Notes: a model not told the origin generated them from the letters alone. Positions 1-9,573 are shown, counted from the first letter of the stretch. The stretch is 32,000 nt of DNA from Candidatus Bathyanammoxibius amoris (GCA_024451685.1 JAMXCW010000002.1:75042-107041); one strand, 5' to 3'. Made by a program: numbers and translations.

Positions 1-391
1 TGGTTAATGCCAGGGTAGTGTTATAGTCGGCGGTGGGGGAGTGAAACAGGGGAATCTGGCCCATAAGATTCATCACCCAGATGTAGATGAATAACGTCCC
101 TATAAAGGCCACAAAAGGCCCGCCGGCCTTACCCATCTGGTCCCTGACAAAGTCGTCCAGGCCTTCCACTGTCAGCTCAAGCAGGGCTTGTTGCGACCCG
201 GGTATTTTCTTGAGATTACTTGTAACCCGGTAGCAGAAAACCACCAGAAAGGTGATTGCCACCCCGGACATTACCACAGGCATCCACTGGTGGAGAGTGA
301 GGCCCAGGAGTGTCTGGTCCATGTCCAGACCCAGAAGGTCCAGGAAGGTCGGTAATTCTACAACCCCCCCCCCTTCAGCCTTGTGTGCCAC
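1..391 (-). CDS. atpB: F0F1 ATP synthase subunit a, N-terminal part (continues off the window edge)
   Basis: Hand translation of the minus strand gives VAHKAEGGGVVELPTFLDLLGLDMDQTLLGLTLHQWMPVVMSGVAITFLVVFCYRVTSNLKKIPGSQQALLELTVEGLDDFVRDQMGKAGGPFVAFIGTLFIYIWVMNLMGQIPLFHSPTDYNTTLALT, matching the AtpB pattern (FIGTLF...NL.G.IP...PT.DYNTTLALA). GTG start at 391 is a guess. Not in the supplied ORF track. Confidence 0.85.
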   Translation of the reverse strand, partial: MAHKAEGGGVVELPTFLDLLGLDMDQTLLGLTLHQWMPVVMSGVAITFLVVFCYRVTSNLKKIPGSQQALLELTVEGLDDFVRDQMGKAGGPFVAFIGTLFIYIWVMNLMGQIPLFHSPTADYNTTLALT

Positions 392-824
392 GCCTGTATC
401 CTCCTCCTCCTAAATCTTTATGGTCTACTCTGACAGACCCTTTTAGATAGCTTACAAGAACCATTCCTGCCAGCTTCAAAACAATCACCATCGGCACCAG
501 GCCAATTCCCGCCAGAAAGGCCTCAGGAACGATCGGTAAGTAGTTGAAGATAAGATAAAAAACCCCTACCAGAGAAATGTATTTGAGGATGCTTACCCAT
601 AGGAAGAAACGTTTGGCCCCCTCTCTGTCTCTTGAAGACAGGCGAAGTATTGTCCACCAAAGAATGCCACCTAGAACAACACTCATACCCGACCCCAGGG
701 CCAGACTGAGTGTCAAGGGAAAGGACTGCAGGGAGGTAGAGCACAAGACCATTACCACCGCTAGCACCAAAGATGTGTTAAAGACTCTCCTGGGAAAACC
801 TTCGTCCAGATGGAATTCTTTCAT
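375..824 (-). CDS. Small polytopic membrane protein, ATP synthase protein I (AtpI)-like
   Basis: 149 aa with four hydrophobic segments, located between an AtpZ/AtpI-like gene and atpB; overlaps the atpB start. Confidence 0.6.
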   Translation of the reverse strand: MKEFHLDEGFPRRVFNTSLVLAVVMVLCSTSLQSFPLTLSLALGSGMSVVLGGILWWTILRLSSRDREGAKRFFLWVSILKYISLVGVFYLIFNYLPIVPEAFLAGIGLVPMVIVLKLAGMVLVSYLKGSVRVDHKDLGGGGYRRGTQG

Positions 825-1048
825 CTCTTCTTCTCAGACACCAATTTCTTTATTGTCCTGTAGAACTCTAAAAAACCGCCCACAATCCCCAGCAGGAGAA
901 ATACCATCAACAGATACGGAGAAGTGCCTAGATAAGAATCTAAAAAGCTTCCTACCAGGTAACCGCCTACAACTGAACCTACCATAAAGAAACCTAGACC
1001 GGCCGTCCTGCTAAAGAGGCGAACCGAGTCTTTGCCGTTTTCAGGCAT
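821..1048 (-). CDS. AtpI/AtpZ-type F0F1-ATPase accessory subunit
   Basis: 75 aa, RLFSRTAGLGFFMVGSVVGGYLVGSFLDSYLGTSPYLLMVFLLLGIVGGFLEFYRTIKK is typical of the small two-TM AtpZ/AtpI family; 4 bp overlap with the next gene and atpB downstream. Confidence 0.75.
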   Translation of the reverse strand: MPENGKDSVRLFSRTAGLGFFMVGSVVGGYLVGSFLDSYLGTSPYLLMVFLLLGIVGGFLEFYRTIKKLVSEKKR

Positions 1049-1151
1049 AAGCGGAAAATCCTATCACAATGACTAGCGATTTAAAAGCGAAATTTCTTCT
1101 TCTCCTCATTAGTTCTCTTCGGCTTGATCCTCACATATGAGGCTCCCGGTC

Positions 1152-1784
1152 TCAGTCCTTCGTGGAGGAAAACGCGATGATAGCCCTTACTGTGTGTCGG
1201 TTAACCCTTGATAAACAATCAATAATGTTCAAGTATAATGGAGATGCCTTGGGTATGCACACCCCGGATATGATCCTGTCTTCGTGTTCTATAGCGTACT
1301 CATCGCCAAGCTCATTAAGGCGCAGCCCTTCTTCCATCACGCACTTTACAATGACGGGATTCCCGGTCAGAAGTGCATCCCCTGCATTGGTGAGGACCTT
1401 ACGGGTATTCTCAAAGAGATATTTTAGTTCCAGGACCGCCTTGTTGGTGAAGAGGATATCCTCCTTTATCTTATTTCTAACGAGAGGCAGCATGCCCTTC
1501 AAGCCCTCTCCGACCAGTTGGAGCTGACCTGCCGCTGCAACAAGTTCCTTTAGTTGCTCTTTTCCCTCTTTGGCTTCACCAGAAATTCCGACCAGAAAAT
1601 CTGTTAGTTCCTTTGCATCCTTGTTTATCTCATCTCCAAGCTCTTCAGCGCGCTTTAGCTTTACCTCGCTGTGATGTACGAACCCATCTATCGTGACGTT
1701 CAGCATCCTCTCTGCCTTAAAACATATCGCACTAAGCCTCTGAGAAGCTTTTTCCAGTTCGCCCTCGTTTACTTCAGATTCCAT
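1152..1784 (-). CDS. PhoU-domain-like helical protein
   Basis: 210 aa all-helical sequence with GEGLKGMLPLVRNKIKEDILFTNKAVLELKYLFENTRKVLTNAGDALLTGN and a second repeat-like half; resembles PhoU/DUF47-type regulators. Confidence 0.5.
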   Translation of the reverse strand: MESEVNEGELEKASQRLSAICFKAERMLNVTIDGFVHHSEVKLKRAEELGDEINKDAKELTDFLVGISGEAKEGKEQLKELVAAAGQLQLVGEGLKGMLPLVRNKIKEDILFTNKAVLELKYLFENTRKVLTNAGDALLTGNPVIVKCVMEEGLRLNELGDEYAIEHEDRIISGVCIPKASPLYLNIIDCLSRVNRHTVRAIIAFSSTKD

Positions 1785-1797
1785 GTCACAAACCCCG

Positions 1798-3114
1798 TCA
1801 TAAACCCTTCATTGCCTGGCGGCCTGCCTCGATTGTGGCCTCTATGTCCGAATCGCTGTGGGCGGCAGATACAAAAGCGGCCTCAAACTGGGAAGGTGCC
1901 AGATATACGCCCCTTTCCAGCATCCCGTTAAAGTAGCTGGCGTAACGCTTTGTGTCGGAACTCGTTGCCGTCTTGTAATCATAAACGCCATCTGCAGTGT
2001 CCGTAAAAAAGACACACAGCATGGAACCCACCCTTGTATGATACGTCTTGACCCCTGCATCACGTGCTGATTTCTCAAGCCCGTCCGCCAGCTTTTGTGA
2101 TTTCTCTTCAAGCTGCTTATATATATACCCGCCTTTATCCTTTAGTCTTTTCAGGGTGGCTATACCGGCGCTCATGGCCACCGGATTTCCAGACAGGGTT
2201 CCGGCCTGGTAAACGGGGCCAAGCGGGGCTATCTGGTCCATTATGTCCGCCCTGCCGCCATAGGCACCCACCGGCAGGCCGCCACCTATTATCTTCCCTA
2301 ACGTAGTAAGGTCCGGTTTTACGCCAAAGAGCTCCTGCGCGCCGCCCGCCGATACGCGAAAACCCGTCATAACCTCATCAAATATCAAGACGATACCGTG
2401 CCGGTTTGTAATCTCGCGCAACTTCTCCAGATAACCGGGCCTGGGAGGTACAACGCCCATGTTTCCAGCCACCGGTTCCAGGATTATACATGCGACCTCT
2501 TTGCCGCGTTCCCTGCAGAATTCACCAACCGTCTCGCTGTCGTTAAAAGGGAGAATGGCCGTGCTATCAGTATAACCCTTGGGTATGCCAGGACTTGTAG
2601 GCACCCCTAACGTGGTCGCCCCGGACCCTGCTTTGATTAACAGGCCGTCGACATGACCGTGGTAACAGCCTTCAAATTTTATGACCAAATCGCGCCCGGT
2701 AAACCCCCTGGCAAGCCGGACGGCACTCATCGTGGCCTCTGTACCGGAGTTTACCATCCTTACTTTATCAATGGACGGCACTAATTCCTTTATGAGTTCT
2801 GCCAGCCGGGTCTCCAACTCCGTAGGTGCCCCAAAGCTTGAGCCTCTTTTCACGGCGTCATTAACCTCTTTTGTTACCTGCGGGTCGGCATGGCCAAGGA
2901 TTAGAGGTCCCCAGGAGCACACATAGTCTATGTATTCATTGCCGTCTATGTCTTTTATATGGGACCCTGAACCGGATTGTATGAAAACCGGGTGGCCCCC
3001 GACAGGCCCAAAGGCCCTTACGGGGCTGTTGACACCGCCGGGTATGTGCTTTGAAGCCTCACTGAAGGCCGCATCAGACCTGCTGGTGTTCAAGTTCTTG
3101 GTTACAGGCGGCAC
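1798..3114 (-). CDS. hemL: Glutamate-1-semialdehyde 2,1-aminomutase
   Basis: 438 aa: [85 protein letters not shown] and [14 protein letters not shown] are family signatures. Confidence 0.97.
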   Translation of the reverse strand: MPPVTKNLNTSRSDAAFSEASKHIPGGVNSPVRAFGPVGGHPVFIQSGSGSHIKDIDGNEYIDYVCSWGPLILGHADPQVTKEVNDAVKRGSSFGAPTELETRLAELIKELVPSIDKVRMVNSGTEATMSAVRLARGFTGRDLVIKFEGCYHGHVDGLLIKAGSGATTLGVPTSPGIPKGYTDSTAILPFNDSETVGEFCRERGKEVACIILEPVAGNMGVVPPRPGYLEKLREITNRHGIVLIFDEVMTGFRVSAGGAQELFGVKPDLTTLGKIIGGGLPVGAYGGRADIMDQIAPLGPVYQAGTLSGNPVAMSAGIATLKRLKDKGGYIYKQLEEKSQKLADGLEKSARDAGVKTYHTRVGSMLCVFFTDTADGVYDYKTATSSDTKRYASYFNGMLERGVYLAPSQFEAAFVSAAHSDSDIEATIEAGRQAMKGL

Positions 3115-3147
3115 GGTGGTTTCTCCATAAACAGGGCAGAAACCGCA

Positions 3148-3175
3148 ATTTTACAGGGTGTAAGGATTTTGTCAA
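3148..3175 (-). promoter_or_regulatory. Putative sigma70-type promoter for hemL
   Basis: Minus-strand TTGACA (3175-3170), 16 bp spacer, TAAAAT (3153-3148), about 34 bp upstream of the hemL ATG. Confidence 0.55.
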
Positions 3176-3268
3176 GAACTTTAGATTTACGGGAGAACCG
3201 CGCTCACACGACAATAAAACGAAGATTCTTCTGCGATTTAAGCGTTCAGGACGCCTTTAAGATTGCTA

Positions 3269-3298
3269 TTGACAATGCCGTTGAGGCTGTGGTATATG
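3269..3298 (+). promoter_or_regulatory. Candidate promoter for the plus-strand lipid gene block
   Basis: TTGACA at 3269-3274, 18 bp spacer, TATATG at 3293-3298; about 90 bp before the ACP start. Imperfect -10. Confidence 0.35.
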
Positions 3299-3389
3299 TT
3301 AGTTTCTTAAAGGGGCTGGGGCTTATTTTATCATTGTCTGTCGCTTTGTCCGATTTGGCATCTTACATAGCACTATAAGGAGGGGAGTT

Positions 3390-3662
3390 TTGAACGTAGA
3401 AGAGATTGAAAAGGAAGTGACGTCCATTGTTGCGGAAGTAACGGAGCTAGAGAGGGACGAGATTTGGAACAAGAGAGACGCCAATTTCTTTAAGGAACTA
3501 GAGATAGACTCCCTTTTAGCCCTGGAGATATTAGCGCTTATTGAAAAGAAGTTCAAGATTCAAATACCAGAAGAAAAGTTGGTAGATATAACATCTTTGA
3601 CCGCTACCATTAACATGACCAAAGATGTGCTGGCCGAGAGCGGAAGGCTGCAGGAAGCTTAG
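3390..3662 (+). CDS. Acyl carrier protein, specialised
   Basis: 90 aa with EIDSLLALEILALIEKKFKIQIPEEKLVDITSL; the DSL serine is the phosphopantetheine site. TTG start preceded by AAGGAGGGGAG. Confidence 0.88.
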   Translation: MNVEEIEKEVTSIVAEVTELERDEIWNKRDANFFKELEIDSLLALEILALIEKKFKIQIPEEKLVDITSLTATINMTKDVLAESGRLQEA

Positions 3663-3697
3663 GCCCAAGAGGCTTGGCCAGAGGGGCCTACAAGACC

Positions 3698-4153
3698 ATG
3701 GATTTCGAGGAGGTAAAGAAGCTCGTCCCGCAAAGGTATCCCTTCCTATTCATAGATAAAGTTGTTGAATTAGAGGAGGGGAAGAGAATCGTCTGCCTCA
3801 AAAATGTTTCTGCGAACGAACCTTTCTTCGTCGGACACTTTCCGGAATACGCCATAATGCCCGGCGTCCTTACCTTGGAAGCCCTGGCCCAGGCATCCAT
3901 AATACTCTTCAAAAAAAGCTTCAAGCAGGACGACAGCCCGGACGCGGTCTTCCTGCTGGCCTCCGCAAAAGTAACCTTTGTAAAGCCTGTCTTCCCCGGG
4001 GATCAACTATACCTGGAGATAGACATAGAAAAGGTTATCTCTAATGCCGCCATTGTGAGTGGCATCGCAAGGGTCGGGGAAAACACAGTCGCCAAGACCA
4101 CTTTGACCTTCGCGACGGCCGATAAAACTTCACTTGGTAAAGGTCGGGAGTAG
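3698..4153 (+). CDS. FabZ-like 3-hydroxyacyl-ACP dehydratase
   Basis: [61 protein letters not shown]; hot-dog fold motif GHFP....MPGVL.LEALAQ with catalytic His and Glu retained. ATG 3698 chosen over the ORF-track start at 3674. Confidence 0.9.
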   Translation: MDFEEVKKLVPQRYPFLFIDKVVELEEGKRIVCLKNVSANEPFFVGHFPEYAIMPGVLTLEALAQASIILFKKSFKQDDSPDAVFLLASAKVTFVKPVFPGDQLYLEIDIEKVISNAAIVSGIARVGENTVAKTTLTFATADKTSLGKGRE

Positions 4154-4154
4154 C

Positions 4155-5378
4155 ATGAACACGCGTATAGTTATCACCGGTATAGGTGCGATAACTCCTA
4201 TCGGTTCAACCAAGGATGGCGCGTTTTGGGATGCGGTAGTTTCGGGCAAATCCGGTGTTAGCGATGTTACGTGCTTTGACACGTCCCAGCATAAGGTCCA
4301 CAAGGGCTGTGAGGTGAAGGACTTTGACTATCACGACTATACGGATAACGGCTCGGTCGGGAAAACAGGGAGGGGGTCTCAGCTTGCAGTGGCAGCCACC
4401 AAGCTGGCGCTTGAGGATTCAGGACTGAAACTGGACGAGGTAGACCCCGAGAGGATAGGTGTCTCTGTCGGGACGACCGGCGGTGAGATACAAATACTCG
4501 AAAGAATAGACCACCTCAGACACGAAAAGGAAGAGAGCCAGATAGACAGGCAGCTCTTTCTGCTGCACCCGTGCAATAATATACCCGCCAACATAGCCCG
4601 GGCATTCGGGTTTAAAGGCCCCAACACCATAATACCTACCGCATGCGCGGCGGGCAATTATGCAATCGGTTATGCCTGTGACCTCATAAAGATGGGGAGG
4701 GTGGATTTTATGTTTGCTGGCGGTTCCGACCCGTTTTCAAAGGTCGCTTTTACGGGTTTCAGCCGCCTGGCCGCGGTGGCACCGGACGTATGTCGTCCCT
4801 TCGACAAGAACCGCAAAGGGATGTTGATTGGAGAGGGCGCGGGTATGCTGCTGCTGGAGTCGCTCGACGGTGCGCGGGCAAGGGGGGCCGACATTTATGC
4901 GGAGATTATAGGCTACGGTCTGAGTTGCGATGGCTACCACATCACCATTCCCCATCCTGAGGGCCTCGGCGTAATCTCTTGCGTTAAAAAGGCCCTTCAA
5001 GACGCACGGATTAACCCTGAGGACGTGCAGTACATAAGCGCCCACGGCACGGGTACTGTCGCAAACGATAAAGCTGAAACCATTTCCATAAAAAAGGTCT
5101 TCGGTGAACATGCCGGGAACCTCATGGTGAGTTCTATAAAATCCATGATGGGTCACACTATGGGCGCCGCAAGTGCAATAGAGACGATTGCTTGTGCGCT
5201 GATAGTCAAAGAGGATAAAGTCCCGCCAACCATAAACTACGAGACGAAGGACCCTGAATGCGACCTGGACTATGTACCCAACGTTTCAAGAGAGCGCCGC
5301 GTAGACATCGCCCTTAATACCGCGTACGCCTTTGGTGGTAATAACAGTTGCCTGGTGGTCAAGAAGTTTCTTAATTAA
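4155..5378 (+). CDS. Beta-ketoacyl-ACP synthase, FabF-like, catalytically complete (KS-1)
   Basis: [17 protein letters not shown]; active-site Cys in [20 protein letters not shown]; first His in [15 protein letters not shown]; Lys and second His in [18 protein letters not shown]. Confidence 0.95.
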   Translation: MNTRIVITGIGAITPIGSTKDGAFWDAVVSGKSGVSDVTCFDTSQHKVHKGCEVKDFDYHDYTDNGSVGKTGRGSQLAVAATKLALEDSGLKLDEVDPERIGVSVGTTGGEIQILERIDHLRHEKEESQIDRQLFLLHPCNNIPANIARAFGFKGPNTIIPTACAAGNYAIGYACDLIKMGRVDFMFAGGSDPFSKVAFTGFSRLAAVAPDVCRPFDKNRKGMLIGEGAGMLLLESLDGARARGADIYAEIIGYGLSCDGYHITIPHPEGLGVISCVKKALQDARINPEDVQYISAHGTGTVANDKAETISIKKVFGEHAGNLMVSSIKSMMGHTMGAASAIETIACALIVKEDKVPPTINYETKDPECDLDYVPNVSRERRVDIALNTAYAFGGNNSCLVVKKFLN

Positions 5379-5459
5379 ATCACCAACAGGAAGGTTGAGT
5401 TATAATAATTCTCATCCAACCGTTTTTTCGTCTTTGACCGCTTTGAGACAAACAGACAG

Positions 5460-6689
5460 ATGGAAGAAAGAGTAGTAGTTACAGGTATAAGCATTATAAG
5501 CCCGCTCGGCGTGGGCAAGGACAGCTTCTGGGAAAACCTGCAGAACGGTGTCTCCGGCATAAGACCCGTAACCCTTTTTGAAGTGGACGGGTGCAGTTCC
5601 AAGAATGCCGGCGAAATACCGGACTTCGACCCCAGCAAGTTCCTGGGCAAGAAGGGTATCCGGCACTTTGACAGGACGTCGCTGCTGGTAACCGCAGCCT
5701 CAAGTCTCTGCGTCGAGGATGCCGCCGTCAAAGGCGTATATGAAGAGGACGACATGGGCATCGTCCTCGGTTCGACCTTTGGAAGTATCGACAGCATAAG
5801 CAATTTTGACATGGACTCTCTTAACGAGGGGCCTAATTACGTCAACCCGATGGCCTTCCCCAACACGGTCTTAAACGCTCCCGCCAGCCGTGCCTCAATA
5901 TTCTGTCAGGCCAAGGGGCTTAATTCCACCATATCCACGGGTGAATCCAGCGGCGTGGACGCTATTATGTGCGCATCCGACTTCCTCAGGCTCGGCAGGG
6001 TAAAGGCCGTGCTGACTGGCGGTGCGCACGGACTTACGCGGGAAATATTCCACTCTTCCAGCAAGGCCGGTGTGCTGTCGGGGAGCAAGAATACCGGCGG
6101 CAATGAGATTTGTGCTCCTTTCGATAAGAGACGCAACGGCATAGTTTTGGGCGAGGGTGTGGCCATGCTGCTGCTTGAATGTCTGGAGAATGCGCAGGCA
6201 AGAAATGCGAAGATATACGCCGAGATTAAGGGCTATGGCACCAGCTTTAACCCCGGCTGGGACAATAGCGGAGACATGGGCGGCGGTATGAGGGCCAATT
6301 CCCTGGCGCTCGCCAGCGCCGGACTCAAGCCGGAAGATATTTGCCTGATATACGCCAACGCCAATTCAAGCGTAAACGGTGACCGGATGGAGACCGTCGT
6401 TATAAAGGAATCCTTCGGCGACCTCGCAAAGAATATACCCGTAAGCGCGATAAAGTCCATGACCGGAGATTGCCTGGATGCATCAGGGGCGATGCAATGC
6501 GTGGCGTCCGTCATGTCAATCAACACGGGAATTATCCCTCCTACAATCAATTACAAAGAGTCAGACCCCGGCTGCGACCTGGACTACGTGCCAAACAAAA
6601 AGAGGCAGGCACAGATAGACAACGTGCTCGTGGAATCGTTCTCCTATACGGGCAACTGCTCTGCCCTGGTAATGTCCAAATACTCCTAG
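5460..6689 (+). CDS. FabF-like ketosynthase homolog without catalytic residues (chain-length-factor-like, CLF-1)
   Basis: KS fold throughout (VVVTGISIISPLGVGKDSFWENL; [16 protein letters not shown]; SYTGNCSALVMSKY), but the active-site Cys is replaced by Glu (GLNSTISTGESSGVDAI), the first His by Asn (IYANANSSVNGDRMET) and the second His by Asp (SAIKSMTGDCLDASGA). Confidence 0.9.
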   Translation: MEERVVVTGISIISPLGVGKDSFWENLQNGVSGIRPVTLFEVDGCSSKNAGEIPDFDPSKFLGKKGIRHFDRTSLLVTAASSLCVEDAAVKGVYEEDDMGIVLGSTFGSIDSISNFDMDSLNEGPNYVNPMAFPNTVLNAPASRASIFCQAKGLNSTISTGESSGVDAIMCASDFLRLGRVKAVLTGGAHGLTREIFHSSSKAGVLSGSKNTGGNEICAPFDKRRNGIVLGEGVAMLLLECLENAQARNAKIYAEIKGYGTSFNPGWDNSGDMGGGMRANSLALASAGLKPEDICLIYANANSSVNGDRMETVVIKESFGDLAKNIPVSAIKSMTGDCLDASGAMQCVASVMSINTGIIPPTINYKESDPGCDLDYVPNKKRQAQIDNVLVESFSYTGNCSALVMSKYS

Positions 6690-6691
6690 AA

Positions 6692-8122
6692 ATGGCGGAC
6701 AACGGCCTTTCTATAAAAAAGAGTGAACTCCGGAGTAAATACGACGTTATCGTAATCGGTGCGGGTATCGGGGGGCTCGTCGCGGGCGCCTTCCTCGCCA
6801 AAAGCGGAAAGAACACACTGGTAGTAGAACAGCACAACATCCCCGGCGGCTACTGCACGTCGTTTAAACGGGGCGGGTTCATCTTTGATTCCGCCGTTCA
6901 CCACATCGGGGGTTGCAGTAAGTACAGTATAGTGGGCAGGTGCCTGAAGGAATTAGGGATAGATATGGAATTCTACAGGCTCGACCCCATGGACACCCTC
7001 ACCTTCCCCTCGTTCTCCATAGACATACCGGCGGACATCGAGACCTACAAGTCCTCCCTGCAACAGAGATACCCGGCCGAGAAGGAAAACGTGTCCAGGT
7101 TCTTCAGTGAATTCATAAAACTCTACCGGGCGATAATAAACGAATCTGAGAAGAGCCCGACACTCGAAAAGTACAGGGGGCGTACTTATCAGGCCATGCT
7201 GGACGACTTCTTCGATGACACGGAGCTGAAGACCGCGCTGGCGGGGCAGTGGGGGTATCTTGGCACGCCCGCGCGCGAGCTTTCAAGCGTCGGCATGTGC
7301 CAGATGCTGGTAAACTATCTCAGAGACGGCGCCTTCTATCCCAAGGGCGGCACTCAAAACTTTGCAGACGCCTTCGCACGATGCATAAGAGACTCAGGCG
7401 GAGACCTGCTCCTGTCTTCAAAGGTGGAAGAGATACTACTCAAGGGCAACCGTGTGGCCGGGGTAAAGCTGGACGGGGGTGACAGGGAGATTGGGGCGGA
7501 GCATATCGTCTCAAATATTGACGCGGGACAGACGTTTTTTGAACTGATAAAGGAAGAGGTTGACCCCGTCTATCTTGAAAGAATGAGAGGGATGAGAGAA
7601 AGCCCTTCATATTTCCTCCTGTATCTCGGCCTTGACCCTGAGGTTGACCTGAGTAGATTCAAAAGAGGCTTTTATCACAGCCCTGACGACCAGTGGAAGT
7701 ATATATCGGCCCCGACAAACGTGGACAAATCCCTGGCCACAAAACTCCGGCAGGAGATAACCGTAGTAGCCACGCTGGATGAAAAGTACGACCAGATTGA
7801 GGACTGGAAGGGCTTGAAAGATAGGTTGACCAGGTGTACAATAAGTTACCTTGAAGATCTTGTGCCAAACCTTAACAGGCACATCGAGGTAGTGGAGGCG
7901 GCCACACCAAAGACCCTCTGGCGGTACACGCTCAACTCAAAGGGGGCCGCGTACGGGTGGGCCGTCACGCTTGAGCAGTCCGGACCGGACAGGCTTGGCA
8001 ATAAAACACCGGTAGGGGGTTTATATCTGGCCGGACATTGGACAAACCCGGGACCAGGCGTCTGCGCCGTTGTGTCCTCGGGTTGGCGCGTGGCAAACAT
8101 GATATTGAGAAACGGGAGATAA
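6692..8122 (+). CDS. CrtI-like FAD-dependent phytoene desaturase/carotenoid isomerase family protein
   Basis: KYDVIVIGAGIGGLVAGAFLAKSGKNTLVVEQHNIPGGYCTSFKRGGFIFDSAVHHIGG at the N-terminus and VGGLYLAGHWTNPGPGVCAVVSSGWRVANMIL at the C-terminus. ATG at 6692 sits 2 nt after the CLF-1 stop; the upstream ORF extension lies inside CLF-1. Confidence 0.9.
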   Translation: MADNGLSIKKSELRSKYDVIVIGAGIGGLVAGAFLAKSGKNTLVVEQHNIPGGYCTSFKRGGFIFDSAVHHIGGCSKYSIVGRCLKELGIDMEFYRLDPMDTLTFPSFSIDIPADIETYKSSLQQRYPAEKENVSRFFSEFIKLYRAIINESEKSPTLEKYRGRTYQAMLDDFFDDTELKTALAGQWGYLGTPARELSSVGMCQMLVNYLRDGAFYPKGGTQNFADAFARCIRDSGGDLLLSSKVEEILLKGNRVAGVKLDGGDREIGAEHIVSNIDAGQTFFELIKEEVDPVYLERMRGMRESPSYFLLYLGLDPEVDLSRFKRGFYHSPDDQWKYISAPTNVDKSLATKLRQEITVVATLDEKYDQIEDWKGLKDRLTRCTISYLEDLVPNLNRHIEVVEAATPKTLWRYTLNSKGAAYGWAVTLEQSGPDRLGNKTPVGGLYLAGHWTNPGPGVCAVVSSGWRVANMILRNGR

Positions 8123-8127
8123 AGGTT

Positions 8128-9573
8128 ATGAAGAAGATAATGCTGGTAAACCCTCATCCTCCAGGCCGTCACGGTGAGGAGAGCATAAGCGTGATAGTCC
8201 AGATGCCCCTGAATCTGGCCTACATCGCCGCCCTCACGCCGGGCGACGATTGGGAGTTCGATGTAGTTGACGAAAACCTCGAGCTTGCAATGGATGAGAA
8301 TGGAGAGGACATAACCTTTGACCCGCCGGATATAGTCGCGCTTACCGCGCTCACCTATCAGGCTCCCAGGGCATACCAGATAGCCCGGGCCGCCAAGAAA
8401 CACGGCTGTACCACAATAATGGGCGGCATCCACGCCTCCGTGTGTGCGGAAGAGACCCTGCAGTACGTGGACACGGTCGTAACCGGAGAGGCGGAGAACG
8501 TCTGGCCGCAGGTGATAAAGGACTTTGAGAACGGAAAGTTGCAGAGACGCTACGACGGCGGACTCCCCAACCTCTCAGTACTCAAAAATATATATCCCGA
8601 TAGAGAACTTCTGAAGAAAAAGTACGGCTACAAGTTCTCTTCTATAATAACTACTAAAGGCTGTCCCAACCGCTGCGATTTCTGCAGCGTGCCCACCTTC
8701 CAGGGCCAGAAGTTCCGGGAGAGACCGTACGAAGACGTGCTCGACGAGATGGCGGCTACGGACTATAAGGGGCTGATGTTTGCTGAGGACAACTTCTACG
8801 GCCACAGCGACGCCTCCGCGCGGCGCGCCAAACACCTCTTCCAGGGCATGATTGACAGGGGCCTGAAGAAGGACTGGCTCGGCTTTACCGCCCTCAACAT
8901 CTCTCATGACGCCGAGGCCCTCGACCTGATGGCAAAGTCCGGCAACTTCGGTTTTCTCGTCGGCATAGAAAGCACCAACGAAGAGGTGTTGAAGAAAATG
9001 GGTAAGCGGGTGAATTTGAGACTTGGGACCACTAATTATAAAGAATGTATAAGGAAGATACATGATGCGGGTCTCCTCGTCTGGGCCTCGGTGGTATTCG
9101 GCGCCGACGGCGATGGCAAGGATTCGTTCAAGAAGATGGTGGATTTCGTACACGACAGCAAGGTGGACATACTGACCTACGGCCTTGACTGCCCGTTCCC
9201 CAAGACGCCGCTCTTCTACAGGCTCGATTCAGAGAAACGGCTCTTCCGGAGAAATCTGCCGGAGGACTGGGTATATTACGAGACCGCCCATATGGTCCAC
9301 AGGTTCGTTGACATGACCCTGGACGATTTCGTGGACGGCATGCAGTACGTCTACGACCACGTATACGCGGGTGACAACGTCCGCAAGAGGTTCAGGACAA
9401 CCATACAGGAGACCGGCAACCCCCGCAACTCCATGTTCGCCCTCAGGGTGGGTCAGGACTGGGACCAAGTCTTTTTGCAGGTTTTGGACAACCTGCACGA
9501 ACTCCAGGAATCCGGCGATTATTATAAAGACACCTACACCACGCAGGAAAAGACCATCTCCATCCCCGCGTAG
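8128..9573 (+). CDS. B12-binding-domain radical SAM protein (rSAM-1)
   Basis: N-terminal Rossmann-like domain (IMLVNPHPPG...VALTALTYQAPRAYQ...TIMGGIHAS) followed by radical SAM motif CPNRCDFC. ORF-track start at 8038 lies within the preceding gene; ATG 8128 used. Confidence 0.9.
   Translation: MKKIMLVNPHPPGRHGEESISVIVQMPLNLAYIAALTPGDDWEFDVVDENLELAMDENGEDITFDPPDIVALTALTYQAPRAYQIARAAKKHGCTTIMGGIHASVCAEETLQYVDTVVTGEAENVWPQVIKDFENGKLQRRYDGGLPNLSVLKNIYPDRELLKKKYGYKFSSIITTKGCPNRCDFCSVPTFQGQKFRERPYEDVLDEMAATDYKGLMFAEDNFYGHSDASARRAKHLFQGMIDRGLKKDWLGFTALNISHDAEALDLMAKSGNFGFLVGIESTNEEVLKKMGKRVNLRLGTTNYKECIRKIHDAGLLVWASVVFGADGDGKDSFKKMVDFVHDSKVDILTYGLDCPFPKTPLFYRLDSEKRLFRRNLPEDWVYYETAHMVHRFVDMTLDDFVDGMQYVYDHVYAGDNVRKRFRTTIQETGNPRNSMFALRVGQDWDQVFLQVLDNLHELQESGDYYKDTYTTQEKTISIPA

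Noticed and set aside
55-75. Suspected frameshift in partial atpB
   Set aside because: On a first pass the frame seemed to break at NLMGQIP, but re-reading the three consecutive C bases at 60-62 restores NLMGQIPLFHSPTDYNTTLAL without a frameshift.
3169-3378. 69 aa plus-strand ORF upstream of the ACP
   Set aside because: No recognisable domain, and it covers the divergent promoter region including TTGACA elements for hemL and the plus block; treated as chance.
6470-6691. N-terminal extension of the CrtI-like ORF
   Set aside because: Overlaps the CLF-1 coding sequence out of frame; the natural ATG is at 6692 just after the CLF-1 stop.
7846-8433. 195 aa minus-strand ORF across the CrtI-like/rSAM-1 junction
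   Set aside because: Antisense to two well-supported genes with conserved motifs.
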